Assembly (NCBI GenBank): GCA_051277905.1
Contig: JBNMQI010000002.1
Coordinates: forward strand, 1 to 59,139
Direction of reading: 5' to 3'
Length of the DNA stretch: 59,139 nucleotides
Origin: Gammaproteobacteria bacterium
Lineage (GTDB): Bacteria; Pseudomonadota; Gammaproteobacteria; GCA-001735895
Shown here one piece after another: positions 29,002 through 38,538 of this stretch. The notes beneath the pieces were generated by a model. The model did no database searches and was not told where the DNA came from. It saw only the letters and a program-made list of their open reading frames with translations. The position numbers and the translations under genes are program-made. How positions within the stretch are numbered: position 1 is the first letter of the stretch; the number at the start of each line of letters is the position of its first letter.

Positions 29002-29868
29002 TCACCTTTTGAGCTGAGAAGCCACTTCAGCTGCAAAATCTTCGACTTTCTTTTCGATACCTTCACCTACTTCATATCGAACGAAACGTGTTATTGAACT
29101 GCCAGCATTTGACAATAACTTACCAACGGTCTGATCTTGATCCTTAACAAAAGGCTGTCCCAGTAAAGTAACCTCTGCTAGAAATTTATTCAAACGCCCC
29201 TGAATCATTTTTTCAATGATTTCAGCAGGCTTACCACTATCTTGAGCTTGAGCAATCAAAATGGCTTTTTCTTTTTCGACGAATTCGGCCGGAACGGCAG
29301 ATTCATCAACATATTGAGGATTAACGGCAGCAATATGCATTGCAATATCACGCGCCATACCATCATCAGCATCTGATTCAACCAAAACACCAATCCGTGA
29401 ACCATGGGAATAAGATGCAACGCCTAGTGCAGATTCAATGATTTCAAAGCGTCGAATTTGGATATTCTCACCCACTTTCGAAATTAATGCCTGACGAGCC
29501 TCTTCAACTGTTTGAGAATCACTAATCGACAATCCACTAATCACTTCAACCGATGCTGGCTTATTAGCTAAAATCACTTTAACTACGCCATCTGCAAAAC
29601 TCTGGAAATTACTATCTTTAGCAACAAAGTCAGTTTCAGAGTTAATTTCCAGAATAACCGCTGTGCTGCCTTCTACCCTGACCATCACTGCGCCATCAGC
29701 CGTTACACGGCTAGATTTTTTATCCGCTTTAGCCGCACCCGACATGCGCATCAGTTCTGCTGCTGCTTCAATATCACCATTGCACTCAACCAGTGCTTTT
29801 TTACATTCCATCATTCCCGAACCTGTGCGTTCGCGGAGTTCTTTAACTAAAGATGCTGTTACAGCCAC
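29002..29868 (-). CDS. tsf: Elongation factor Ts
   Basis: 'LVKELRERTGSGMMECKKAL' UBA-like N-terminus. 288 aa. Confidence 0.95.
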   Translation of the reverse strand: MAVTASLVKELRERTGSGMMECKKALVECNGDIEAAAELMRMSGAAKADKKSSRVTADGAVMVRVEGSTAVILEINSETDFVAKDSNFQSFADGVVKVILANKPASVEVISGLSISDSQTVEEARQALISKVGENIQIRRFEIIESALGVASYSHGSRIGVLVESDADDGMARDIAMHIAAVNPQYVDESAVPAEFVEKEKAILIAQAQDSGKPAEIIEKMIQGRLNKFLAEVTLLGQPFVKDQDQTVGKLLSNAGSSITRFVRYEVGEGIEKKVEDFAAEVASQLKR

Positions 29869-30046
29869 TTCAATGCCTCGCTATATTTATCTTGAGTCTC
29901 TTAACCTTTAAAAGCTTAAGAGAATTTATTAATTCGTACTAAATTTAAGTATCTTTAAGTTTGGGCTACATGTCAGAACAAACTAAAAGAGGGTTGTTGC
30001 TTAATACCCGATTCACTTCTCAGTCAACCGGGTACCGAGGTTTCTA

Positions 30047-30985
30047 TTACTCTTTGCCGTCAGCTTTATCTGCTGAAGGTTCTACTGCCTTTTTAGTGGC
30101 CGCTTTTTTCACTGCCGCTTTTTTGGGTGCTGCTTCAGTTACCACTGCTTCTGGTACTTCGGCAACTAAGGCCTCAGCCACTGCTTCAGTTGATTCTGCA
30201 TCAGCTGACTCAGAGCCATCTGCTTCTTCTTTAACTGGCTTTACAGAAGCAATTTTTGAAGGTGCTTTTGCAAGTTCTTCTCTGGCTTTAATTTCACCAG
30301 CGATGCTCTCTTTACCAACCAGAATCGCATCAGCAGCCATTTTGGTATAAAGCTTAACTGCACGCATGGAATCATCGTTACCAGGAATGATGTAATCAAT
30401 ACCATCAGGTGAGTTATTTGTATCAACGATACCAACAACAGGAATACCTAATTTAGTGGCTTCCTGAATTGCAATATCTTCATAACCGACGTCAATGACG
30501 AACAGTACATCAGGTAAGCCATTCATTTCCTTGATGCCACCCAGCGTCTTTTCTAGTTTTTCTTGCTCACGAGATAATTGCAGAATTTCTTTCTTACTGA
30601 TTTTCTCATAGGCGTTATTCTTGGACATTTCTTCCAATTCTTTTAAACGCTTAATAGAAGCGCGAACGGTACGGAAGTTAGTCAGCATGCCACCCAACCA
30701 GCGGTGATTAACGAAAGGCATGCCACAACGCTCAGCTTCAGTCTTAACGGCTTCACTGGCTGCACGCTTAGTGCCAACGAACATGATTTTGCCCTTATTA
30801 GAGGCAACCTTACCCATGAAGTTAAGAGCATCTTTGGCCATCGGCATGGTTTGCTCGAGGTTAATGATATGAATTTTATTACGTTCGCCAAAAATAAAGG
30901 CGCCCATTTTGGGGTTCCAGAAACGAGTTTGGTGACCGAAGTGCACGCCCGCTTCCAACATTTCACGCATAGTAACGTTAGACAT
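30047..30985 (-). CDS. rpsB: 30S ribosomal protein S2 with a ~70-aa low-complexity C-terminal extension
   Basis: '[19 protein letters not shown]' and the canonical S2 core run to about aa 225-240. An Ala/Glu/Val/Lys-rich tail then ends in '[13 protein letters not shown]...'. Confidence 0.95.
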   Translation of the reverse strand: MSNVTMREMLEAGVHFGHQTRFWNPKMGAFIFGERNKIHIINLEQTMPMAKDALNFMGKVASNKGKIMFVGTKRAASEAVKTEAERCGMPFVNHRWLGGMLTNFRTVRASIKRLKELEEMSKNNAYEKISKKEILQLSREQEKLEKTLGGIKEMNGLPDVLFVIDVGYEDIAIQEATKLGIPVVGIVDTNNSPDGIDYIIPGNDDSMRAVKLYTKMAADAILVGKESIAGEIKAREELAKAPSKIASVKPVKEEADGSESADAESTEAVAEALVAEVPEAVVTEAAPKKAAVKKAATKKAVEPSADKADGKE

Positions 30986-31162
30986 AGTTATCTCCAGATA
31001 TCTGTCTTGAGTAGTCGGCTATTCACAATGACCACTCGGGGTTAAGCCTCCACATATCCAGCGATTACGACCTGTTTCTCTGGTAAAAAACAAGCACCCA
31101 TAATCGAGTGTTGATATGTGTGTGTAATTAAATTTACTCTGACTGTTGCCTAGAGCGCGCGC

Positions 31163-31171
31163 TTTATACCA
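31163..31171 (-). promoter_or_regulatory. Candidate extended -10 promoter element (TGGTATAAA) for rpsB-tsf
   Basis: The minus strand reads TGGTATAAA ~180 nt upstream of the rpsB ATG. This resembles the extended -10 and long 5' UTR described for enterobacterial rpsB, as I recall it. Confidence 0.4.
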
Positions 31172-31208
31172 TAATCCACATTCAGCAACAACAAAACAGT
31201 AGTAATTT

Positions 31209-31976
31209 ATGGCAGTCTCGATCAAAAACAGTGAAGAAATTGAAAAAATGCGTATTGCAGGCAGGCTTGCGGCAAACGTGTTGCATATGATCGAGCCTCA
31301 TGTGGTACCAGGCATCACGACCCAACAGTTGAATGACATATGCCACGACTATATCGTCAACCACCAGCAAAGCATTCCTGCACCACTCAACTATCGAGGT
31401 TTTCCACGCTCAATTTGCACCTCAGTCAATCATGTTGTTTGCCATGGTATCCCTGCGGATAAGAAGCTAAAGGCCGGTGACGTTATTAATATAGACATCA
31501 CCGTTATAAAAGATAAGTATCATGGGGATACGAGCCGCATGTTTATGGTCGGTAAACCCACCATTCAGGGTGAACGTTTGTCACGCGTCGCTTATGAATG
31601 CATGAAAATCGGTATAGAAATGATCAAGCCAGGTATTCGTCTAGGAGACATTGGCCACGCCATCCAGACTCACGCCGAAAAAAATAAGTTCAGCATCGTT
31701 CGTGAATACTGCGGTCATGGCATCGGCAATGTCTTTCATGAAGACCCCCAAGTATTACATTACGGCAAGCCAGATACTGGACTCCGGTTAGAGCCAGGTA
31801 TGATTTTCACCATTGAGCCCATGCTAAATCTAGGAAAACGTCATGTTAAATTACTACCCGATGATTGGACTGTTGTCACTAAAGACCATAGTCTGTCAGC
31901 CCAGTGGGAGCATACAAACCTAGTCACTGAAGATGGTTTTGAAGTACTCACTGAGCATCCAGACAAGCCGTTGTAA
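31209..31976 (+). CDS. map: Type I methionine aminopeptidase
   Basis: 'VCHGIP', 'DITVIKDKYHGDTSRMF', 'YCGHGIG', 'FTIEPM', 'AQWEHT' metal ligand motifs. Confidence 0.95.
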   Translation: MAVSIKNSEEIEKMRIAGRLAANVLHMIEPHVVPGITTQQLNDICHDYIVNHQQSIPAPLNYRGFPRSICTSVNHVVCHGIPADKKLKAGDVINIDITVIKDKYHGDTSRMFMVGKPTIQGERLSRVAYECMKIGIEMIKPGIRLGDIGHAIQTHAEKNKFSIVREYCGHGIGNVFHEDPQVLHYGKPDTGLRLEPGMIFTIEPMLNLGKRHVKLLPDDWTVVTKDHSLSAQWEHTNLVTEDGFEVLTEHPDKPL

Positions 31977-31978
31977 TC

Positions 31979-34663
31979 ATGACAAGTGACGTTTCAAACA
32001 ATAGCATGACTGATATGCTGTCTGAAATCAGCCATTGCCTAACGAGAATAAAAACACCCCAAGGGATTATTGCAAAGCCTGTAACAGACGGTCTCAATCG
32101 AACGAACGAGCAACTTTACGCTGCTTTCGATCAGGGCGTGCCTATCCAGACACTTGTAAGTCAAAAATCGAAAGTCATTGATCATGTTTTGCACTTTTGT
32201 TTTGACAGCTTCATTTATCATACTCAAGAATGCCAATGCAGCCTAGTTGCTGTGGGTGGTTATGGTCGATCAGAATTACTCCCCGGATCAGACATTGACT
32301 TGATGGTGCTATTGAGCCAAAAACCCGATAAAACATTAGAAAACGAATTATCCCGTTTTATTACATTTTTATGGGATATCGGCCTCGAAGTGGGCCACAG
32401 CGTTCGGACTGTTGACGACTGTATCGTGCAAGGCAAGGCAGATGTGACCGTCATTACCAATATGATTGAAGCTCGACTCATTTGTGGTGATGAAAACTTA
32501 TATGAACGTTTTCAGCAGGCGATTGAGCCAAGCAAAATGTGGTCATCTCGCGAGTTTTTTGAAGCCAAGCTAAAGGAACAAGAAATCCGTCATATGCGCT
32601 ATAACGATACCGCATACAATCTTGAACCTAACATTAAAGAGGGTCCAGGTGGATTACGCGATATTCAAATTGTAGGCTGGGTCGCTAAACGTCACTTTGG
32701 TACCAGAACCTATTTAGAGCTGATTGATAGAGAGTTTATTACCGCAGATGAATACCAGTTAATAGAAGCGGGACAACGTCATTTGTGGAAGGTCAGGTTT
32801 GCATTACATCGACTGGCAAAAAGACGCGAAGACAGACTCTTATTCGATTATCAAAATCAAATTTCGATTGATTTTGGATTTGAAGCAGGACCACATAATC
32901 TCGCAATAGAACAATTCATGCAGCAATACTATCGAACCATTATGGAGCTCGAGCGCCTGAATGAGATGCTATTACAAATATTCAGAGAAGAAATTTTATT
33001 TGCCGACACTAAAAAGCAAACCAGTGTCATCAATGATCGGTTCATGCTGCGAAACAACTATATTGAAGTGAGGCATGCCGATGTATTTAAACAACACCCT
33101 CCGGCTCTAATCGAACTGTTTGTTTTAATTTCGTCCCACTCAGACTGTGAAGGGGTTAGTGCATCAACCATCAGGTTAATCCGTGAGCACCTTTATTTAG
33201 TGGACGATAGCTTTCGAAACAATGATGAAGTTAAGCATCTATTTATGCAGTTAATGAGTGGGACAAATGGCGTCACACATCAAATGCGACGGATGAATTC
33301 CTATGGTTTTCTGGCCGCCTACATCCCTGCTTTTGAAAAAATCACAGGCCGCATGCAGTATGATTTATTCCATGCCTATACGGTCGACCAACACACCATT
33401 TTTGTCATTAGAAACCTACGCCGTTTTGCACTCGAAATACATGAAGATGAATTTCCGTTTTGTAATTTGGTTTTTAACAAACTAGAAGACCCAAAATTAC
33501 TTTATCTTGCTGCGCTATTCCACGATATAGCCAAGGGACAGGGTGGCAGTCACTCCGTTCTAGGTGCTGAAATAGCCACTCAGTTTTGCTTGCAGCATAA
33601 TCTAAATGCCAAAGAAACCCGTATCGTATCGCAGTTAGTGCGTAACCATTTATTAATGTCTGTAACGGCACAACGCAAGGACATCAGTGACCCCGATGTT
33701 GTGCGCGAGTTTGCTCAACAAGTTGGCAGTATGAATATGCTCAATTATCTCTACCTACACACCGTTGCAGATATACGCAGCACCAACCCAAAGCTATGGA
33801 ATAACTGGAAAGACGCCCTATTCCAGCAGCTTTACACCGCAACTAAAAATGTCATTCGACGCGGTATTAAAAATGCGCCAGATATCGGAGAGATTATTCA
33901 AGAAAATAAAGATGCGGCATTTGAATTAATGCTGGACCTACCTTACAACCAGCAAGCTATTATTGATCAATGCGACCAATTACCTGGGGACTATTTTTTA
34001 CGCCATCATCCGCTCGAAATCCGTTGGCATGTAGACACCATACTGGGCAGTCCAGAGCAGTCAACACTAGTCAGAGTTCGTCAGGCGACGCATTCAAAAA
34101 CGACCAAAGTATTTGTTTACTGTGACGAAAACCCCAACGTTTTTTCTCAGGTCACCGGCGCCCTCGGTTCACTTGGATTGAGTATTTTAAATGCGGAAAT
34201 ATTCACCACTAAAAACGATAAAATTATGGATACATTTATTATCCAAGATCACGACAGCCAGTCAATCACAGAGCCATCAATCGTTAAACAAATAGAAGAA
34301 GCACTAATAAAAGCATTTAAGTCAAATACTATCTATAAGCCAGTTATCAATAACCGCAGACACCGCCATCAAAAGGCTTTTAATCACCCCACTCAAATTC
34401 AATTTGAACAGGACACGGTCAACCAGCGAACTGTGATGGAAATTACGGCAATGGATATGCCTGGCATGTTGTCGACGATTTCAAACGTAATCGCCCTCAA
34501 TTCGATCAATATTACCCATGCAAAAATTTCTACTTTAGGCGAAAGAGTGAATGATATTTTTTTCTTGGTTACACCTGATGGCAAAAATATTACCGACCAG
34601 TCAGCCTTGGATATACTAGAATCTCAGATTATTAAAGGCATCGCCGATATCAACCCAAAGTAA
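31979..34663 (+). CDS. glnD: Bifunctional [protein-PII] uridylyltransferase/uridylyl-removing enzyme
   Basis: Nucleotidyltransferase motif 'GGYGRSELLPGSDIDL', HD domain 'LAALFHDIAKG', two C-terminal ACT-like segments. 894 aa. Confidence 0.95.
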   Translation: MTSDVSNNSMTDMLSEISHCLTRIKTPQGIIAKPVTDGLNRTNEQLYAAFDQGVPIQTLVSQKSKVIDHVLHFCFDSFIYHTQECQCSLVAVGGYGRSELLPGSDIDLMVLLSQKPDKTLENELSRFITFLWDIGLEVGHSVRTVDDCIVQGKADVTVITNMIEARLICGDENLYERFQQAIEPSKMWSSREFFEAKLKEQEIRHMRYNDTAYNLEPNIKEGPGGLRDIQIVGWVAKRHFGTRTYLELIDREFITADEYQLIEAGQRHLWKVRFALHRLAKRREDRLLFDYQNQISIDFGFEAGPHNLAIEQFMQQYYRTIMELERLNEMLLQIFREEILFADTKKQTSVINDRFMLRNNYIEVRHADVFKQHPPALIELFVLISSHSDCEGVSASTIRLIREHLYLVDDSFRNNDEVKHLFMQLMSGTNGVTHQMRRMNSYGFLAAYIPAFEKITGRMQYDLFHAYTVDQHTIFVIRNLRRFALEIHEDEFPFCNLVFNKLEDPKLLYLAALFHDIAKGQGGSHSVLGAEIATQFCLQHNLNAKETRIVSQLVRNHLLMSVTAQRKDISDPDVVREFAQQVGSMNMLNYLYLHTVADIRSTNPKLWNNWKDALFQQLYTATKNVIRRGIKNAPDIGEIIQENKDAAFELMLDLPYNQQAIIDQCDQLPGDYFLRHHPLEIRWHVDTILGSPEQSTLVRVRQATHSKTTKVFVYCDENPNVFSQVTGALGSLGLSILNAEIFTTKNDKIMDTFIIQDHDSQSITEPSIVKQIEEALIKAFKSNTIYKPVINNRRHRHQKAFNHPTQIQFEQDTVNQRTVMEITAMDMPGMLSTISNVIALNSINITHAKISTLGERVNDIFFLVTPDGKNITDQSALDILESQIIKGIADINPK

Positions 34664-34700
34664 GTCATTAGAACTTAACTATAAGTCGATACGATACTTA

Positions 34701-35918
34701 TTAGGAGACATTAAAAGGACTGTCTATTGACTCACTTGGCTCTGTAAACCAGCGTGGCCCGCTATCTGAAATGTACGCGTGGTCTTCGAGGCGCACGCCA
34801 AATTCGCCATAACTACAAATCATAGGCTCAATCGAAAAACACATCCCAGGAGCTAAGGGTAAATCATTGCCTTTGACAATATAAGGATGCTCATGGACGT
34901 CAAGTCCCACACCATGTCCAGTTCGATGCGGCAAACCAGGCACTTTATAATCAGGGCCATACCCAGCCGCTACAATGACGGCCCGCGCAGCATCATCGGG
35001 TGCTGAACAAGCGGCTCCAATTTGCGCTGCATCAAAAGCGGCTTGCTGCGCCGCATGCTCTAACGACCAGATTTCTCTCTGCCTTGCATTGGGTTCACCG
35101 AATACATAACTGCGTGTAATGTCTGAATTATAGCCATGTAAGGTTGCCCCGGTATCGATTAGCACCATGTCATTTTCAGCCAAGATTTGTGGATATGAAA
35201 CACCATGTGGATAAGCTGTCGGCTCACCAAACAAAACAATTTTAAAGGTTGAACGGCCATCCATTCCACTGGCGATATGCGCTGCATCCAAAAACGACTG
35301 TACATCACGGGTATCGATACCCGTCTCAAGAATACACGCCACTGACTGCTGAACATTCAGTGTGATTGCCTTGGCCTGAGTTAGTAATGAAATTTCAGCT
35401 TGTGACTTAATCTGACGACAAGGCCATATCAAACTATCTGCATTAACAATTACTAGTTTTGATGACGATTTTTGCAACCCATCAACAATAAAAAATGGGG
35501 TTTGTGGATCAACAGCCAATTGAGCAACATTTGTTTTGGATCGAATTAAAACGGTTTCAGCGACAGCTGCCATAGGATTTTCGTGCTCCTCCCACAACAG
35601 AAATTCACCCTCAACCACCATAGCTGCTTTCGTTTTTTGTTCTTCAAAGGTCGGACAAACATAAATTAAATCACCCGATACCGTTAATATTGCACCGTGC
35701 AATCTCTCACTCGCATAACATTGCATGCCGGTGAAGTAACGTAAACTGCTGGTAGCATCTAAGTAAAGCGCATCAATACCTGACGCCAACATCAGTGACC
35801 GCACTTTTTCTAGACGCGCCAGATATTCATCCATTTGAATAGGGACTGCTTTATCTCGAGCAGACTTGAGTTTGGCTAATTCTATTGCGGCACTACTGCC
35901 GCCGATTCCAATCGTCAT
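34701..35918 (-). CDS. M24-family metallopeptidase (Xaa-Pro peptidase/creatinase-like fold)
   Basis: Pita-bread metal ligands 'VLIDTGA...YNSDITR', 'HRTGHGVGLDVHE', 'FSIEPM', 'VRLEDH'. The N-terminal creatinase-like domain is present. Confidence 0.8.
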   Translation of the reverse strand: MTIGIGGSSAAIELAKLKSARDKAVPIQMDEYLARLEKVRSLMLASGIDALYLDATSSLRYFTGMQCYASERLHGAILTVSGDLIYVCPTFEEQKTKAAMVVEGEFLLWEEHENPMAAVAETVLIRSKTNVAQLAVDPQTPFFIVDGLQKSSSKLVIVNADSLIWPCRQIKSQAEISLLTQAKAITLNVQQSVACILETGIDTRDVQSFLDAAHIASGMDGRSTFKIVLFGEPTAYPHGVSYPQILAENDMVLIDTGATLHGYNSDITRSYVFGEPNARQREIWSLEHAAQQAAFDAAQIGAACSAPDDAARAVIVAAGYGPDYKVPGLPHRTGHGVGLDVHEHPYIVKGNDLPLAPGMCFSIEPMICSYGEFGVRLEDHAYISDSGPRWFTEPSESIDSPFNVS

Positions 35919-36479
35919 TTGTATTTATCCTAGGTTAGCTAACGTCAAATAGGGTTAACACTTAGTAACTATTGTAACAAATCAATTTATGAATGTGTCA
36001 TGGAAAAAGGGACACTACTAGATAAATAACACTCATTGGGCAGTTGTCTCTAAACCAAAGAAAATAAAAGTCAGATTGACTGCCATCCTTCCAAATCAAA
36101 TGAAAGCTAGTTTCTTGCTGGCAGACTGATTGCAACCTAGGTAAAGGGTTAGGGGCTGACAACATGACCTATACTCCGCTAAAAATCGGAAATAAATCTT
36201 TATAGGATCAATATATTAACTAACTAACTAAGTCCTTTAAAAAAATGAATGACAAAACTTCAAAACAACTTCGAACCTTTTCAATGGTGGTTAGAGCCAC
36301 TGTGTTTTTGGCCGTAATCAAATAAATACAATGGTCTTCATAGAGGTGACGATTGATTTAAACTAGGGTAAAAGGACACGCCATGAGCACAGAACCATTA
36401 TACCGCAAAGCTGGGTATCGATTTAAAGTCTCGACTACTATAAACTGATTGATAGCGACAACAATACAGGTTTTGTTCA

Positions 36480-37427
36480 ATGGATTTAAAACGTTTGCTC
36501 ACCAGTCTTAGCTCACAAATACTATTTCAGCTCGTAATAATCGTTTTCTTAATCATTATCGGCATCGGTTGGAATTTCGATTTTATTTATTCGTTTTACT
36601 TCGAGAACCAGCAAACTCAAACTGGCGTTATTATTAATAGTTCGATCTTCGCCCTATTCTTTTTTGGCATGTCCAATATCGTTTATCACTTGGTTCGCTA
36701 TAAGCAGGAAGAACGTGCAATTGCACAGCTTGCTAACAATATAGAGTCACTCACAACAGACCTAATGCAGGGTCTTGACGGAGACTCCATCGTCGCCAAA
36801 CGCTATTGGATTCTAAAATCAATTCAAAAAGTAAATGGTGAAATAAACCATAGCGCTCTTTCGGCCATGCTCACCGCCGATGAAGGTACAAAATTTGGTT
36901 TAATACGCTACATTAATAACATACTAATATTGACAGGTGTCTTCGGCACCATCGTATCACTATCAATCGCCTTACTCGGCGCATCAGATCTAATCGATTC
37001 TGCAGCTGGTAGCCTTGGTGGCATGGGTCTGGTCATTCACGGCATGTCGACAGCCTTATCGACTACTATTACCGCTATCGTTAGTTATGTCTTATTTGGC
37101 TACTTTTATACACGCCTTAATGACGTACAAACGCACTTTTTAAGTGGTATCGAGCAGATCACTTCAATTTATTTACTACCCCAGTTTGTAGCGGGTAATG
37201 ATGACATTGTGCATAAAACAACTGACTTGATAAAGTCAGTTGTTTTCGCCACTAATAATTTAAAGAAAACTCAAGACATTTATCATACTTCTGCGATGTT
37301 ATTACAAGAGACGATCGAACTAAATCGAGTGCAAATAGAAAAACTCTCGACTGAGTTACAAGACATCAAATCGATCCTTCGCGAAGGCTTTCGTCTTCCA
37401 GCTCTGGCTCAAAACGATGACGAATAA
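36480..37427 (+). CDS. MotA/TolQ/ExbB-family ion-channel protein (4 TM) with a ~105-aa helical C-terminal tail
   Basis: Two N-terminal TM helices, a ~65-aa loop, then two TM helices carrying family-like signatures 'ILTGVFGTIVSLSIAL' and 'GMSTALSTTITAIVSYV'. A helical tail follows. The call rests on motif and topology only. Confidence 0.6.
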   Translation: MDLKRLLTSLSSQILFQLVIIVFLIIIGIGWNFDFIYSFYFENQQTQTGVIINSSIFALFFFGMSNIVYHLVRYKQEERAIAQLANNIESLTTDLMQGLDGDSIVAKRYWILKSIQKVNGEINHSALSAMLTADEGTKFGLIRYINNILILTGVFGTIVSLSIALLGASDLIDSAAGSLGGMGLVIHGMSTALSTTITAIVSYVLFGYFYTRLNDVQTHFLSGIEQITSIYLLPQFVAGNDDIVHKTTDLIKSVVFATNNLKKTQDIYHTSAMLLQETIELNRVQIEKLSTELQDIKSILREGFRLPALAQNDDE

Positions 37428-37441
37428 GTCTAGGCAAAGCC

Positions 37442-38437
37442 GTGAATTCTAGCTTCTCGCCCATAGGACAAAACCAAACCAATAGCAATGGTGAAGGCAG
37501 CTTCTGGCCATCATTTACTGATATTATGATGGTAATCACGATGATTTTTCTAATGGCAACCAGCCTGTTAGTCGTGCGTAATTGGCAATTAGTCGCCGAA
37601 TTACGTGAAAGTGTAGCGGCGGAACAAGTTGCATCACAACTCATTGAATCAACCTTTTTGGAAAATTTGACACTAGAAGAACGTCTCGTCAATGCGGAGC
37701 AAACTAACTCAATCCTACGGCTTAGATTACTGAAAAAAGATGAGAAATTACAAATCGTCAACAATTCTCTACGCCAACAAAAATTTTATACAGATGCCAT
37801 ACTGGCAGAAAACAAGCGATTAAAAACTGATCTCAATGCATCGTTGTCTTTGCTTGCGCTTACAAATACCGAAATTGACACGATTAAAACGCAGAAAAAT
37901 ATGCTCAATGTCGAGGTTTCAACACTAGAGCGACAGTTATTATTATCCGATGCTGAACAAGAAAAATTAGCCCTGCAAATGGCTAAAGTTCAATCCGAAA
38001 TTGTAGCATCAAAGCTATCGCAGCAAAAAAATATTGCCGATCTGATGCAACAAAAACAGCTACTGATGTCAGAAATAGTCGGCTATAACCAACAAGTCCA
38101 AACATTAAAAAGTGACTATACAATCGTTAAAACAAAATATGACAAATTAGTCAGGCCAGCACGATCAGCTAAAGGCAAATATATCGCGGAAGTTTATTAC
38201 TACATTAATGACGCTGACGGGGAAGTTATTCGCTACAAACAACCGGGCGATACTCAGTTTATTGACCTCTCGCTGGCTGAAGTAGAAAAACGTTTGGCTA
38301 GACTAAAGCAAGAAAAAGGCAATGACCTGTACGTCAAAGTGATTATCCCAAATGACAGTGGACTAACCTATAACGAAGCCTGGGAGTTCATGCGTAAACT
38401 GCTGGCAAAATACGATTACTACTACCAAGTGAACTAA
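37442..38437 (+). CDS. ExbD/TolR/MotB-like single-pass partner with a ~185-aa coiled-coil stalk and an ExbD-like C-terminal domain
   Basis: GTG start 15 nt after the upstream stop. TM helix 'FWPSFTDIMMVITMIFLMAT' carries the conserved Asp. It is followed by a Q/L/K/E-rich segment with no Pro and one Gly. The C-terminus 'YIAEVYYYINDADGEVI...LYVKVIIPNDSGLTYNEAWEFMRKL' matches the ExbD/TolR beta-alpha-beta pattern. Confidence 0.55.
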   Translation: MNSSFSPIGQNQTNSNGEGSFWPSFTDIMMVITMIFLMATSLLVVRNWQLVAELRESVAAEQVASQLIESTFLENLTLEERLVNAEQTNSILRLRLLKKDEKLQIVNNSLRQQKFYTDAILAENKRLKTDLNASLSLLALTNTEIDTIKTQKNMLNVEVSTLERQLLLSDAEQEKLALQMAKVQSEIVASKLSQQKNIADLMQQKQLLMSEIVGYNQQVQTLKSDYTIVKTKYDKLVRPARSAKGKYIAEVYYYINDADGEVIRYKQPGDTQFIDLSLAEVEKRLARLKQEKGNDLYVKVIIPNDSGLTYNEAWEFMRKLLAKYDYYYQVN

Positions 38438-38461
38438 ACTAGCTGATACAATTAGTATTCT

Positions 38462-38538
38462 GTCCCCGTAGCTCAGCTGGATAGAGCAGCCGCCTCCTAA
38501 GCGGCAGGTCGGATGTTCGAATCATCTCGGGGACGCCA
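38462..38538 (+). tRNA. tRNA-Arg (anticodon CCU), CCA encoded
   Basis: Cloverleaf folded by hand. Acceptor stem gtccccg/cggggac, D-arm gctc...gagc, anticodon stem gccgc/gcggc with loop ctCCTaa, T-arm ggatg-ttcgaat-catct, discriminator g, then cca. Confidence 0.93.

Noticed and set aside
29961-30350. 129-aa + strand ORF rich in Ala/Ser/Thr
   Set aside because: It is the mirror image of the low-complexity rpsB tail on the opposite strand and an artefact of the repetitive GCN/GAN codons.
31019-31370. Two short minus-strand ORFs (68 and 62 aa) in and around the rpsB-map intergenic region
   Set aside because: They overlap the map 5' end and the predicted rpsB leader, are Cys/His-rich and junk-like, and have no RBS.
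36217-36228. (TAAC)3 tetranucleotide run giving stops in all three frames
   Set aside because: There are too few repeat units for phase variation, and it lies in non-coding DNA. It is mentioned only as part of the leader-region finding.
37366-37764. 132-aa minus-strand ORF spanning the junction of the MotA-like and ExbD-like genes
   Set aside because: It is antisense to two ORFs that have clear family motifs and TM topology. Its own translation has no features.
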